A stretch of DNA of 64,000 nucleotides. Origin: an uncultured delta proteobacterium. GTDB taxonomy: Bacteria; Myxococcota_A; Polyangia; Polyangiales; B10-G4. Positions 11,201 through 19,911 of the stretch are shown in pieces. The DNA lies in NCBI GenBank assembly GCA_963727445.1, contig CAVSGI010000004.1, positions 64,001 to 128,000 on the forward strand, in the 5' to 3' direction. Each line of letters opens with the position of its first letter. Position 1 is the stretch's first letter. The notes beneath the pieces were generated by a model. It was not told the origin of the DNA. It made no database searches and worked only from the letters and a program-made list of their open reading frames with translations. Both the position numbers and the translations under genes were made by a program.

Positions 11201-11893
11201 GCGGCACACGCGCTCTGGACCGACCTCCGAGAGGACGTGTCGGTGATCGCCGCGCGTCGCGGAGCGGGAGCGCGGCAGGCGATGCAGGAGGGACATCGCT
11301 GGTCGATCGATGCCTTCCGGCGCGTCTACCTCGAGCATCCGCTGATGAAGCATCTGTCGCGGGGCATCCTGTGGGAGGCGTACGACCCGAAGGGCGAACG
11401 GCTCGCGACTTTCCGCGTCGCCGAGGACGGGACCTTCGCCGATGTCGAGGACGACGCCGTCGTGCTCGACGAAAAGGTCGCCTCGGTCGGCGTCGCCCAT
11501 CCCTTCGCGATGACCGCCGATGCGCGTCGCGCGTGGCGCGAGATCTTCGACGACTACGAAGTGATCCAGCCCTTCGCGCAGGTGGCCACCGAGCCGCCGG
11601 CGCTGACGAAGGCGCAGCGGGAGAGTCACGCGGTGACCGAGGTGATCGCCATCGCCGACCTCGGCCAGGTCATTCGGGCGCGCGCCGAGCGTGGGTGGTC
11701 GTCGCGGACGATCGAGGCCAGTCGGCTCTTCCCGGACGGATCCTACGGGCTCTTCACGCAGGACTGGAAGTCGAAGGAGATCACCATCCGCGCCGTCGAC
11801 GAGCACGGAGAAGTGCGCAAGCTCGGGGACACGGACGACGTGATCCAGGGCGAGCTGGCGCTGGCGCTGCAGCTCGCGCGAGACGCGGTTTAG
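8278..11893 (+). CDS. DUF4132 domain protein with N-terminal globular domain and Lys-rich linker, frameshifted at ~10775
   Basis: C-terminal ELEEQLVPTFDVDADG..LDFGARRLRV, EHPLMKHLSRGILW, VGVAHPF, WREIFDDYEVIQPFAQ; ORFs 8263-11145 and 10781-11893 join at GATTC 10773-10777. Confidence 0.8.
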
Positions 11894-12925
11894 TCGTCCA
11901 CGGCGGCATCCGCTGCGCCGATCGTGCGCGGCCGCTCGGGCAATGCGTGCTGCAGGAGCCGCATGACCAGCTCGGTCTCGTCTTCTTGGACCTTCGTCCA
12001 GGCGGCGCGCACCGCGTCGAGGTCGGCGTCTTGCGATGCGCTCGTGCTCAGATTCGACAGCAAGGCGGCCGCGTCCTCGTCCTCCAGGAGCGCATCCACC
12101 AGCGCGTCGAGGGCCGTGGGGCTCGTCTCGCTCTTGGCAGTCGACGCGAGGATCTGCCGTTCGAGCGCTGGCATCTCTTCGGTCGGCTCGACCTCCGCTT
12201 CGAGCGCGACCTCGAAGCCGGGGGTGGTCTTGGGGAGCTTGCCACCGCCCCGCCCCCACGCCTTGTAGCGTCCGATGGACAGCGCGATCTCGTCCGTCGC
12301 GGCGAGCCCGATGACGGTCATGGCGACGAGCAGGGCCAGGCGCACCGTCGGGCGTCGTCGGATCGACGAGGAGCCCGTCGTTCTTGGAGTCGCGACGTAG
12401 CCACGAGACGAGGGTGGCGTCGAGGAGCTCCGACAGCTCGTCGCCGAGCGCGACGGCGACGGCGCTGCTCAAGCTCTTGGCGCCGCCGAGCTCTTCGCTC
12501 ATCACGACGGGCTCGTACTTGAGCGACTCGCCGAAGGCGTAGTGGAGCTGGTCGCCTATGAAGACCACGAGCGCGCGGTCGCGCGCGTCTCTGGAGCGCG
12601 CGCGGTAGCGCTTCTTGCGAAGCTCTTCGAAGAGCGCCTTGCCGCCGAAGCTCAGCATGAGGAGGGCTATCAAGCCCGGTATGGCGGCGCCCACGTAGAG
12701 ATAGATCGGATTTTCGGGCGGACGCACCAGGAAGTAGATCGCCAGCAGCGCCGCGGCGAGCCCGACCAAGACGGGGAAGAGGCGGATGTGCTCGAGGCGC
12801 TTGTCGGCCGCGTAGTCGAACCAATCCACCTCGCGGTCGTAACCGCAACCTTTGCCGCGCGGGTGGTCCTTGCCGCAGCCGATGCAGAGGCTGGTCTTCG
12901 GGGGCGTGACCGGATTGGGGGCCAT
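11890..12925 (-). CDS. Hypothetical membrane protein (N-terminal CxxC..H..C, two TM helices), frameshifted near 12350
   Basis: CIGCGKDHPRGKGC, two hydrophobic segments; continues in ORF 11890-12345 after removing one C from a C-run. Confidence 0.6.
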
Positions 12926-12981
12926 CAGGGTCAGGTAGTACCGTCTCCGAAGGCTGCTGCATAGGCGCTATGCTCCGCGCC

Positions 12982-14400
12982 ATGCGAACCGCGGCCGAAT
13001 ACGTCGAGAGCCTCAGAGCCCGCAACCTGCGCCTCTTCGTCGACGGAGAGCACGTGGCCGATCCGGTCGACCATCCGAAGATCCGGCCGGCGGTGAACGC
13101 GGTCGCGGCGACCTACGCGCTCGCGCACGACGAGCGCACGCGCGCCCTCGCGACCGCGTCGTCCGATCTGGTCGCCGGTCCGGTGAACCGTTTCACCGCG
13201 CTCTTCCGCGCGCCCGAGGATCTGGTGAAGAAGCTCGAGCTCCAGCGCGTCCTCGGGCGGCTCACCGGCACGTGTTTTCAGCGCTGCGTGGGGCTCGACG
13301 GGATCAACGCGCTCTTCATCGCCACCCACGACGCGGGGCCCGAGGCCCACGCCCGCTTCGTGGCGTGGCTCCGCGGTGTGCAGCAGCGCGACGAGATGCT
13401 CAACGGGGCGATGACCGACCCGAAAGGGGACCGCAGCAAGCGGCCGCCGGAGCAGCCCGAGCAGTACCTGCGCGTGGTGGAGCGGCGCGAGGACGGGATC
13501 GTGATCCGCGGCGCCAAGCTGCACCAGACGGGCGCCGCGAACAGCCATCAGATCCTGGTGATGCCAGGCCAGGCGCTGCGCGAGGGCGAGGAGGACTTCG
13601 CGGTCGCGTGCGCGCTGCCGGTCGACGCGCCCGGGGTGACGATGGTGCTCGGGCGTCAGCCCTCGGACGACCGGCGCGGCGGCCCGGATGCGGGCAACGC
13701 GCGCTTCGGCGGGCAGGAGTGTGTCGTCCTCTTCGAGGATGTCTTCGTTCCGACGGAGCGCGTCTTCCTCGACGGGGACGTCGCGTCTTGTTCGACGCTG
13801 GTGGAGGCCTTCGCGGGTTTTCATCGCGCGAGCTACGGCGGGTGCAAGCCGGGCAACCTCGACGTGCTCATCGGCGCCACTGATCTCATCACCCGCGCCC
13901 ACGGCGTGCGCCGCGCGTCGCACGTGCGGGACAAGCTGGTCGAGATGGCGCACCTCACGGAGACCATCCACGGCCTCGGCCTCGCGGCGTCGAGCAAGTC
14001 GACGCGTCACGCCTCCGGCATCCATCAGGTCGACCCCGTCCTCGCCAACGTCTGCAAGCATCACGTGACCGAGCTTCCGTACGAGATCGTGCGCCTCGCC
14101 GAGGATCTCGCGGGAGGATCCCTGTCGACGCTGCCTTCACTCGCCGACCTCGATCATCCGGAGATCGGCGAAGCGCTCCGCACCGTTGCCGGAAGCGAGG
14201 AGCGCGCGCGACTGCTCCGCTTCGTCGAGTCGCTCACCTACGGCGCCGGCTCGGTGCCCTTCCGCATCGAGTGCATGCACGGCGCCGGCTCGCCTCAGGC
14301 GCAGCGTGTGGTCCTCGAGCGCACCGTGGACTGGGAGGCGAAGGTGGCGCGCGCCCGGGTGCTCGCGGGGCTCGACGAGGACGAGGAGCTGGACGTCTGA
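12982..14400 (+). CDS. abfD: 4-hydroxybutyryl-CoA dehydratase / vinylacetyl-CoA isomerase
   Basis: TGTCFQRCVGLD and FAGFHRASYGGCK supply the Cys/Cys/His/Cys [4Fe-4S] ligands; GAMTDPKGDRS, RGAKLHQTG, FGGQE, MHGAGSPQAQR. Confidence 0.85.
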   Translation: MRTAAEYVESLRARNLRLFVDGEHVADPVDHPKIRPAVNAVAATYALAHDERTRALATASSDLVAGPVNRFTALFRAPEDLVKKLELQRVLGRLTGTCFQRCVGLDGINALFIATHDAGPEAHARFVAWLRGVQQRDEMLNGAMTDPKGDRSKRPPEQPEQYLRVVERREDGIVIRGAKLHQTGAANSHQILVMPGQALREGEEDFAVACALPVDAPGVTMVLGRQPSDDRRGGPDAGNARFGGQECVVLFEDVFVPTERVFLDGDVASCSTLVEAFAGFHRASYGGCKPGNLDVLIGATDLITRAHGVRRASHVRDKLVEMAHLTETIHGLGLAASSKSTRHASGIHQVDPVLANVCKHHVTELPYEIVRLAEDLAGGSLSTLPSLADLDHPEIGEALRTVAGSEERARLLRFVESLTYGAGSVPFRIECMHGAGSPQAQRVVLERTVDWEAKVARARVLAGLDEDEELDV

Positions 14401-14401
14401 G

Positions 14402-14827
14402 TCAAAGCGCGATCCGTTTGCCGTCGAGGAGCGGGCGAACGAGATCCTGGCTGCGACGGATCTCGGCGAGCGGCGTCACGTCGTCGTCGGTGGCGCCGTC
14501 GGGAGCGAGACGCATCTCGAGGGTGCAGAGGTGGATGCGCACCACGTCGCCGAGCGTCGCGGTCGGCCGACGTTCGACGGTGCGCACGAGGAGCCTCGAC
14601 TCCAGGCCCTCGTCTCGGAGCACGCGCAGGTGTCCTCGGAGCGCGCGCGGGTCGAGGCCGGCCGCGAGATCGAGCTCGACGGCGCGGATGGGGCCTCGGT
14701 TGCCGAGCCTGAGGACCTGATAGTCGACCCAGTCGATGGCCGCCATCGAGAGGAGCACCGCGCCGCCGGTTGCCAGCACCAGGAACGCGACGTCGGCGAC
14801 GCGCTGTTTTCGATCCTCCACGGTCAT
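14402..14827 (-). CDS. Hypothetical protein with one N-terminal TM segment
   Basis: MTVEDRKQRVADVAFLVLATGGAVLLSMAAIDWV; coding-like codon usage. Confidence 0.55.
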   Translation of the reverse strand: MTVEDRKQRVADVAFLVLATGGAVLLSMAAIDWVDYQVLRLGNRGPIRAVELDLAAGLDPRALRGHLRVLRDEGLESRLLVRTVERRPTATLGDVVRIHLCTLEMRLAPDGATDDDVTPLAEIRRSQDLVRPLLDGKRIAL

Positions 14828-14873
14828 GGGACAGCGCTGCGAACCGTGGGTTCCCCCGCGCGCGGCCAGCGAA

Positions 14874-16440
14874 TCATTCGAGACGCACGGCCAGCGCCCG
14901 GAACGCGGAGCCTGGGGGCGGATTGGAGCGGCTGGCGCCCGCCGGGAGCGTTCCGTCGAGCGTGCGAAGCACGATGCAGCCTGCACCGCCGCCGCCGCCG
15001 CCGCCGTTCGCGTAGTTGCCCGAGGGGTCGCCGCCGCCCTGTTGGCCCTCGAGGGCTCGGAGGCCGCCCCCGCTCCCGCCGTCAGCGGCGTAGTTCCCAC
15101 CGCCCCGCATCCCGCCCGCGGCGTCGAGCTCTCCGCCATCCGCGCCGTCCATGCCGTTTCCGCTGCTGCCGGCGCTTCCTCCTCCGCCGCCGCCGCTCGC
15201 TCCGAGCACGCCTTCGAGCTCTATGGTCCGGGCTTCGAGGAGGATGGCGCCGCCGCTTCCGCCGCCCCCGCCGGCCGGGATGTTCGCGCCCGAGCCCCCA
15301 GCGACACCTCCCTCACCGCCGCCGCCGCCCGCGAGGATGCTGCCCCGAATGACGATGCTCTCTTGCGCGGTGATTCTGAATCGCCCCGCCGCCGGCGCCG
15401 CCGGTCGGCCCGATCGTCTCGCCTCCGCGCACGCCACCGCCGCCGCTGCCGCCGACGAGAGGGGTGAGCTCTGTCGGCGTGGCGAACATGCGTCCGCCGG
15501 GTCCGCCGCTCACCATCGCGCCGCCCTGGCCACCGTCGCCGCCCGGGCCGCAGAGACCGCCGCCCCCGCCGCCGCCATCTTCGTAGCCACCGGTGTCCTG
15601 GCCGCGTCCGCCGGGGTAGGGGCCGCCCGCCGGCTCGTCGGTGCCGCCGTTGATCCGGCCGGCGCGCCCGCCGCCCGGGCCGGGCACGTCTCGGCGCGCG
15701 CCCGCGTCGATCACTCCGTCGACCATGACCGTGCCCTCGGCGAGGATGACCAGAGGCAGAGCGCCCTGCACCGTGAGGGTGACGCCGCCGCCGACCGTGA
15801 GATCACCGACACTCACGACGCACACCGGGCTGTCGTCGCTGAGCATCGCGACCGAAGCGTCGCCGAGGACGCCCGTGGGGCAGTCGGAGGTGTGGTAGGT
15901 CTGCGAGGAGGTGAGCGTCACGTCCATGCCGGGCACGGCGGGCGGTGGGACGTTCGAGGGGACGATGCGCATGCACGACGCATCGCTCGCACATCCGCCG
16001 TCGGCGACGCCGCCGTCGTCGGACGTGACGCATCGGCCGTTGACGCAGACGCGATCGGTGTCGCAGACGTCGGTCGACGGAGTCGCGAGCAGCACGGTTT
16101 CGACCTGCGAGCCGTCGACGAGAGGAAGAGTCACGGGCGTGCAGCCCTCGGCGGTCACTTCGCAGCGGAAGTTTCGCGCGAGGGCGGCGAAGGCATAGGG
16201 GCCCGGTGGGAGCGAGGAGGGCATCGGACCCGGGGCGAGTGCTTCGAAGCTCGCCTCGAAGAGAACGTCGCTCGAGGTGCAGCCGCCGGCGAGGACGCGC
16301 GCTTCGATGCCGCGGGCCTGAGAGGCGATCATCGGATCGGCGAAGCTGACGACCCACGACAGATCGCGATCGCGCGTGCTGCATCCCGTCAGAACGGCGC
16401 ACAGGGCGAGCAGTCCGACGAGGGTGCGGCGGGGGATCAC
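14874..16440 (-). CDS. Glycine-rich, Cys-containing surface lipoprotein, frameshifted at ~15374
   Basis: Lipobox LTGC; GGAGGGAIQ-ITA...GGGGGSGGAILLEA...GGGGGGAGCIVL Gly-rich motifs; frames join at GATTC 15372-15376. Confidence 0.75.
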
Positions 16441-16491
16441 AGCAGCGAGTCTAACCGCCGCGGAGAAAGTTCGCTCCGCTAGGTAGCGCCG

Positions 16492-16513
16492 GCGCTTTCC
16501 CCGGGGAAAGTGC
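16492..16513. repeat. Palindrome copy 1, GCGCTTTCCCCGGGGAAAGTGC
   Basis: Perfect 16-bp core CTTTCCCCGGGGAAAG at 16495-16510. Confidence 0.9.
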
Positions 16514-16779
16514 GGAGGCTCAGTCGGCTGGGATCGCGTCGAGTCGGAGCACGTCCATCGGTCTCATGGCGTGCATTCCGGCGCGGCCGCCCGATAGCCA
16601 ATGCCGTTCCAGATGAAGATCTGGCGAACCGCTTCCGCGAGGTTTTCGGGTGGCCCGAGGCTTACTGGTTTCTGGCGACTGGTGTGTGGGTGGAGCGGGT
16701 GATCGTTGGTGCCTTTGGCGACCACGAAGGACGGGGATGATCGCGAGGTGAGCGCGCAGACCGGGAGCTCGCGCCGCGT

Positions 16780-16801
16780 GCACATTCCCCGGGGAAAGTG
16801 C
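16780..16801. repeat. Palindrome copy 2, GCACATTCCCCGGGGAAAGTGC
   Basis: 22-bp palindrome with one mismatch, about 44 bp upstream of the HNH start. Confidence 0.9.
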
Positions 16802-16844
16802 TCCGCTTCTGTCAGTCCGCGCGTCGCGCATGCGTCTTCATCGT

Positions 16845-18146
16845 ATGAACACTCTTCGCGCGCTCGCTGATGACGCTCTTCTCTCTCGCTTCGCCGCCGA
16901 GGTCGCTCGGGACTTTCGACGCACGGAGGTGACGCTGCGGATGATCGAGGAGATCGATCGGCGGATGCTCTGGGCTTCGCTCGGGTACGCGTCGATGTTC
17001 GCGCTCTGCGTGGAGCGCTTCGGGATGTCGGAGTCGATGGCGGGCAAGCGCATCGGGGTGGCGCGGCTCGCGCGGCGCTTTCCGGTGATCTTCGAGAGGG
17101 TGGGGCGGGGCGAGCTCTTCGTGAGCGGCGTGCTCTGCTTGAAGCCGTATCTCGACGAGGACAATCACGTGCGCGTGCTCGAGGCGGCGCGGGGCAAGAG
17201 CCGGCGGGCGATCGAGAAGCTGGTGGCGGAGCTCTTTCCGCGACAGGACGTCGCTTCGACTTTGCGCGCGCTTCCCAGGTCCTCGCTTTCGAAGGGAGTG
17301 GAGGCGCCGGCGCTCGTCGCGTCCGCTTCCGACTCGCCGCCCCGCGAGCTCACTGACGGACCCGTGAGAACGCCCTTGCCTGCGCCGAAACCTTGGCGCG
17401 CGCCCACTGACGGACCCGTGAAAACGACCTCGCCCACGCCGAGGCCCGCGCGCGCTCCCGATCCGGCGCCCCTAGCGCCCCGCCGCTACAAGCTGACGGT
17501 GACCATCGACGAAGAGACGCACGGCGAGCTCGCGCAGCTTCAGGATCTTCTCGCGCATCAGATCCCGGATGGGGATCCGGCGGCGATCGTGAAGAAGGCG
17601 TTCTCCCTGCTCCTCGGGGAGACGCTGAAGAAGAAGGCGGCGATCACCGACGCGCCTCGCGCGGGGCGCACGCGGGCGAAGAAGCGGACGCGCGCGATCC
17701 CGGCCGCCATCCGTCGCGCGGTGTGGAAGCGCGACGGCGGCAAGTGCACCTTCGTGGGCGAAGGCGGCAAGGTGTGTGGTGCGACGCGAAAGCTCGAATA
17801 TGCGCACCTCGAGCCGTGGGGGATGGGCGGCGAGCACGCGGTGGAGACGATGGCGCTTCGCTGTCGCGGCCATAACGCGTACGAAGCGGTGCGCGACTAC
17901 GGCGCTCCGCTCATCGAACGCAAGCGACGCGAGCGCGGCGTGCGGGAGCAGGCGGCGGTCTACGGACGAGCGCCGGCTGATTCATGCCCCCCGCGCACGG
18001 TCGTGCTTTCCCCGGGGAAAGCTGCCCCCCCGACACGCTTCCGCTTCGCGCCTCGGTCACCCCCAGACGAAAAGGAGCGACCGACCGTCCGAAGACCGGG
18101 AGTGGGGCGTGCTCACGCGCACGATGTACATCGATCTCCACCATGA
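16845..18146 (+). CDS. HNH endonuclease-domain protein with DUF222-like N-terminus (myxobacterial type)
   Basis: EIDRRMLWASLGYASMFALCVERFGMSE...KRIGVARLARRFP; PLAPRRYKLTVTI; RAIPAAIRRAVWKRDGGKCTF...C...LEYAH...GG...LRCRGHN; 3' end beyond ~17990 is low quality. Confidence 0.85.
   Translation: MNTLRALADDALLSRFAAEVARDFRRTEVTLRMIEEIDRRMLWASLGYASMFALCVERFGMSESMAGKRIGVARLARRFPVIFERVGRGELFVSGVLCLKPYLDEDNHVRVLEAARGKSRRAIEKLVAELFPRQDVASTLRALPRSSLSKGVEAPALVASASDSPPRELTDGPVRTPLPAPKPWRAPTDGPVKTTSPTPRPARAPDPAPLAPRRYKLTVTIDEETHGELAQLQDLLAHQIPDGDPAAIVKKAFSLLLGETLKKKAAITDAPRAGRTRAKKRTRAIPAAIRRAVWKRDGGKCTFVGEGGKVCGATRKLEYAHLEPWGMGGEHAVETMALRCRGHNAYEAVRDYGAPLIERKRRERGVREQAAVYGRAPADSCPPRTVVLSPGKAAPPTRFRFAPRSPPDEKERPTVRRPGVGRAHAHDVHRSPP
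17351..17426 (+). repeat. 54-bp-period direct repeat in HNH linker
   Basis: CACTGACGGACCCGTGAGAACG at 17351 and CACTGACGGACCCGTGAAAACG at 17405 (TDGPVRT / TDGPVKT). Confidence 0.85.
18005..18022. repeat. Palindrome copy 3, GCTTTCCCCGGGGAAAGC
   Basis: Perfect 18-bp palindrome just 3' of the HNH-domain coding region. Confidence 0.9.
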
Positions 18147-18541
18147 CCTCGCCCACCCAGGTCCGCGGTGTCTGGAGTCTCACGGCCGCGATTCTCTCGC
18201 TCGTGACTCTTTCGGGACCGAGGGTGAGCGTGGGGACGTGCGTCGGACTGACGTTCCGATGATCTCGCTATCCGTCGGAGGAATACTTGGCGGAGTGCAG
18301 ATGCGATCGGAGAGCGCCTGGACCTCGCCGGTCGTCGGTGTCGAGGACGCGCGCGCACTGCCGCGGCGGAACGCAACCGCCTGCGTCAAAGGACGGCGAC
18401 ACGGTCGGATCGCATCTCGACGCATACGCCTCCGCGGCCGAGGGGCCCCTTCGACGGGGAGACGCTTGGACGGCCGCTTCGTGGCGGGCTGCGCGCTGCG
18501 AGGCGCGGTGAGGTGCGGAGGGCCGGTGGCCGCGCGCGCCC

Positions 18542-19810
18542 TCAGCCTATCGCCTCCAGCGTCTCCTTCAGGTTTCTCAGGCCCGGCCGCGGTGCGCCCA
18601 CGAGGCAGGCGACGGTGCCGTGGAGCTTGTTTTCGTACATGAGCTGGTGGGCCTTCGGGATCTCGTCCCAGGTGAAGAGGCGGGTCATCACGGGGCGGAT
18701 GACGCCCTGATGGACGAGGCGGTTGGCGCGGTGGGCCTCGCCGGCGTCGGCGAAGTGGCTGCCGATGATCGACTTCTGGTGCATCCACAGATGGCGGACG
18801 TCGAAGGTGAGGTCGTAGCCGGTGGTGGCGCCGCAGATGACGATGCGGCCGAAGCGGTTCGCGAGGAAGACGCTCGCCGGGAAGGTGGCGCGACCGACGT
18901 GCTCGAAGACGACGTCCGGGCCTTTCTTTTCGCCGAGGATGTCCCAGATGGCGCGGCCGAAGCGCTTCACCTCGGCGCGCCACTTCCCTTCACTCTCTTC
19001 GGTGAGCGCCTCCGGGTAGCTGAGGTCGGGGAAGTCCTTGCGGTCGATCACGCCGAAGGCGCCGAGCTCCTTCGCGAGCTTCGCTTTCTCCTCACTCGAG
19101 ACGACGGCGATGGCTCGCGCGCCCACGAGCTCGCACAGCTGGATGGCGAAGACGCCGAGGCCGCCGGCGCCGCCCCAGACGAGCACGTCCTCGCCCGGTT
19201 GGATGTGCGCGCGGTCCATCAGCATGCGGAACGCCGTGAAGTAGGTGAGCCCGTAGCTCGCCGCCTCTTCCCAGCTGAGCTCCGGCGGCTTCGGCAAGAG
19301 CTGCTGCGCCTGCACTTTGGTGAACTGCGCGAAGGAGCCGTCGGGCGTTTCGTACCCCCAGATCCGCTGCTTCTTGCAGGCCATCGGCTGGCCGCCGTTA
19401 CAGTGCTCGCATTGGCCGCAGGTCGCGTTGCAGTGGGCGACCACCTCGTCGCCGACGCTGAGCCCGGTCACCCCCGGGCCGACCTTCCACACCACGCCCG
19501 ACGCGTCGGAGCCCGCGATGTGGAACGGCAGGCCGTGTCCGCGCGTGACGTCCACCGGTTGGCCGAGCCCCGCCCAGACGCCGTTGTAGTTCACACCGGC
19601 CGCCATCACCTTCAACAGCACCTCGCCCGGTCCCGGCTCCCAGGTCTCGATGGCCTCGGAGACGAAGCTCTTCGTCGGCTCGCCGAAGCGCTCGGGGCGG
19701 ATCACCCACGCGTGCATCTTCTGCGGGACGACGCCCAGCTCGGGGATCCGCCCGACGTCGACGATCTCGGGTGTGTGAACGGCGAAGAGATTCTTTGCAG
19801 GCTGGCTCAT
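18542..19810 (-). CDS. ccr: Crotonyl-CoA carboxylase/reductase
   Basis: VMAAGVNYNGVWAGLG, HIAGSDASGVVW, QRIWGYETPDGSFAQF, VLVWGGAGGLG, WMHQKSIIGSHFA; Asn/Tyr-Glu/His CO2-site residues present. Confidence 0.92.
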   Translation of the reverse strand: MSQPAKNLFAVHTPEIVDVGRIPELGVVPQKMHAWVIRPERFGEPTKSFVSEAIETWEPGPGEVLLKVMAAGVNYNGVWAGLGQPVDVTRGHGLPFHIAGSDASGVVWKVGPGVTGLSVGDEVVAHCNATCGQCEHCNGGQPMACKKQRIWGYETPDGSFAQFTKVQAQQLLPKPPELSWEEAASYGLTYFTAFRMLMDRAHIQPGEDVLVWGGAGGLGVFAIQLCELVGARAIAVVSSEEKAKLAKELGAFGVIDRKDFPDLSYPEALTEESEGKWRAEVKRFGRAIWDILGEKKGPDVVFEHVGRATFPASVFLANRFGRIVICGATTGYDLTFDVRHLWMHQKSIIGSHFADAGEAHRANRLVHQGVIRPVMTRLFTWDEIPKAHQLMYENKLHGTVACLVGAPRPGLRNLKETLEAIG

Positions 19811-19911
19811 GGTCTTCCCTCTGAGTAGTCTTGGCGAACCCGACCCGGCGCGAGCTGGATTCTGAGGGGCTGCGCGCCCCCCTCCTCCACCTCGGCGCCG
19901 AGCGAAATCAA

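Noticed and set aside
12982..14400. 4-hydroxyphenylacetate 3-monooxygenase (HpaB) call
   Set aside because: Same fold family, but the CFQRC and H..SYGGC Fe-S ligands indicate AbfD; no flavin reductase nearby
14874..15700. GGC/GCC-rich low-complexity tract as a DNA repeat element
   Set aside because: Explained by poly-Gly coding in the lipoprotein
16492..18022. Palindromes as CRISPR repeats or classical IS terminal inverted repeats
   Set aside because: Spacing is irregular (~290 bp and ~1.2 kb); no cas or DDE transposase gene; no target-site duplication found
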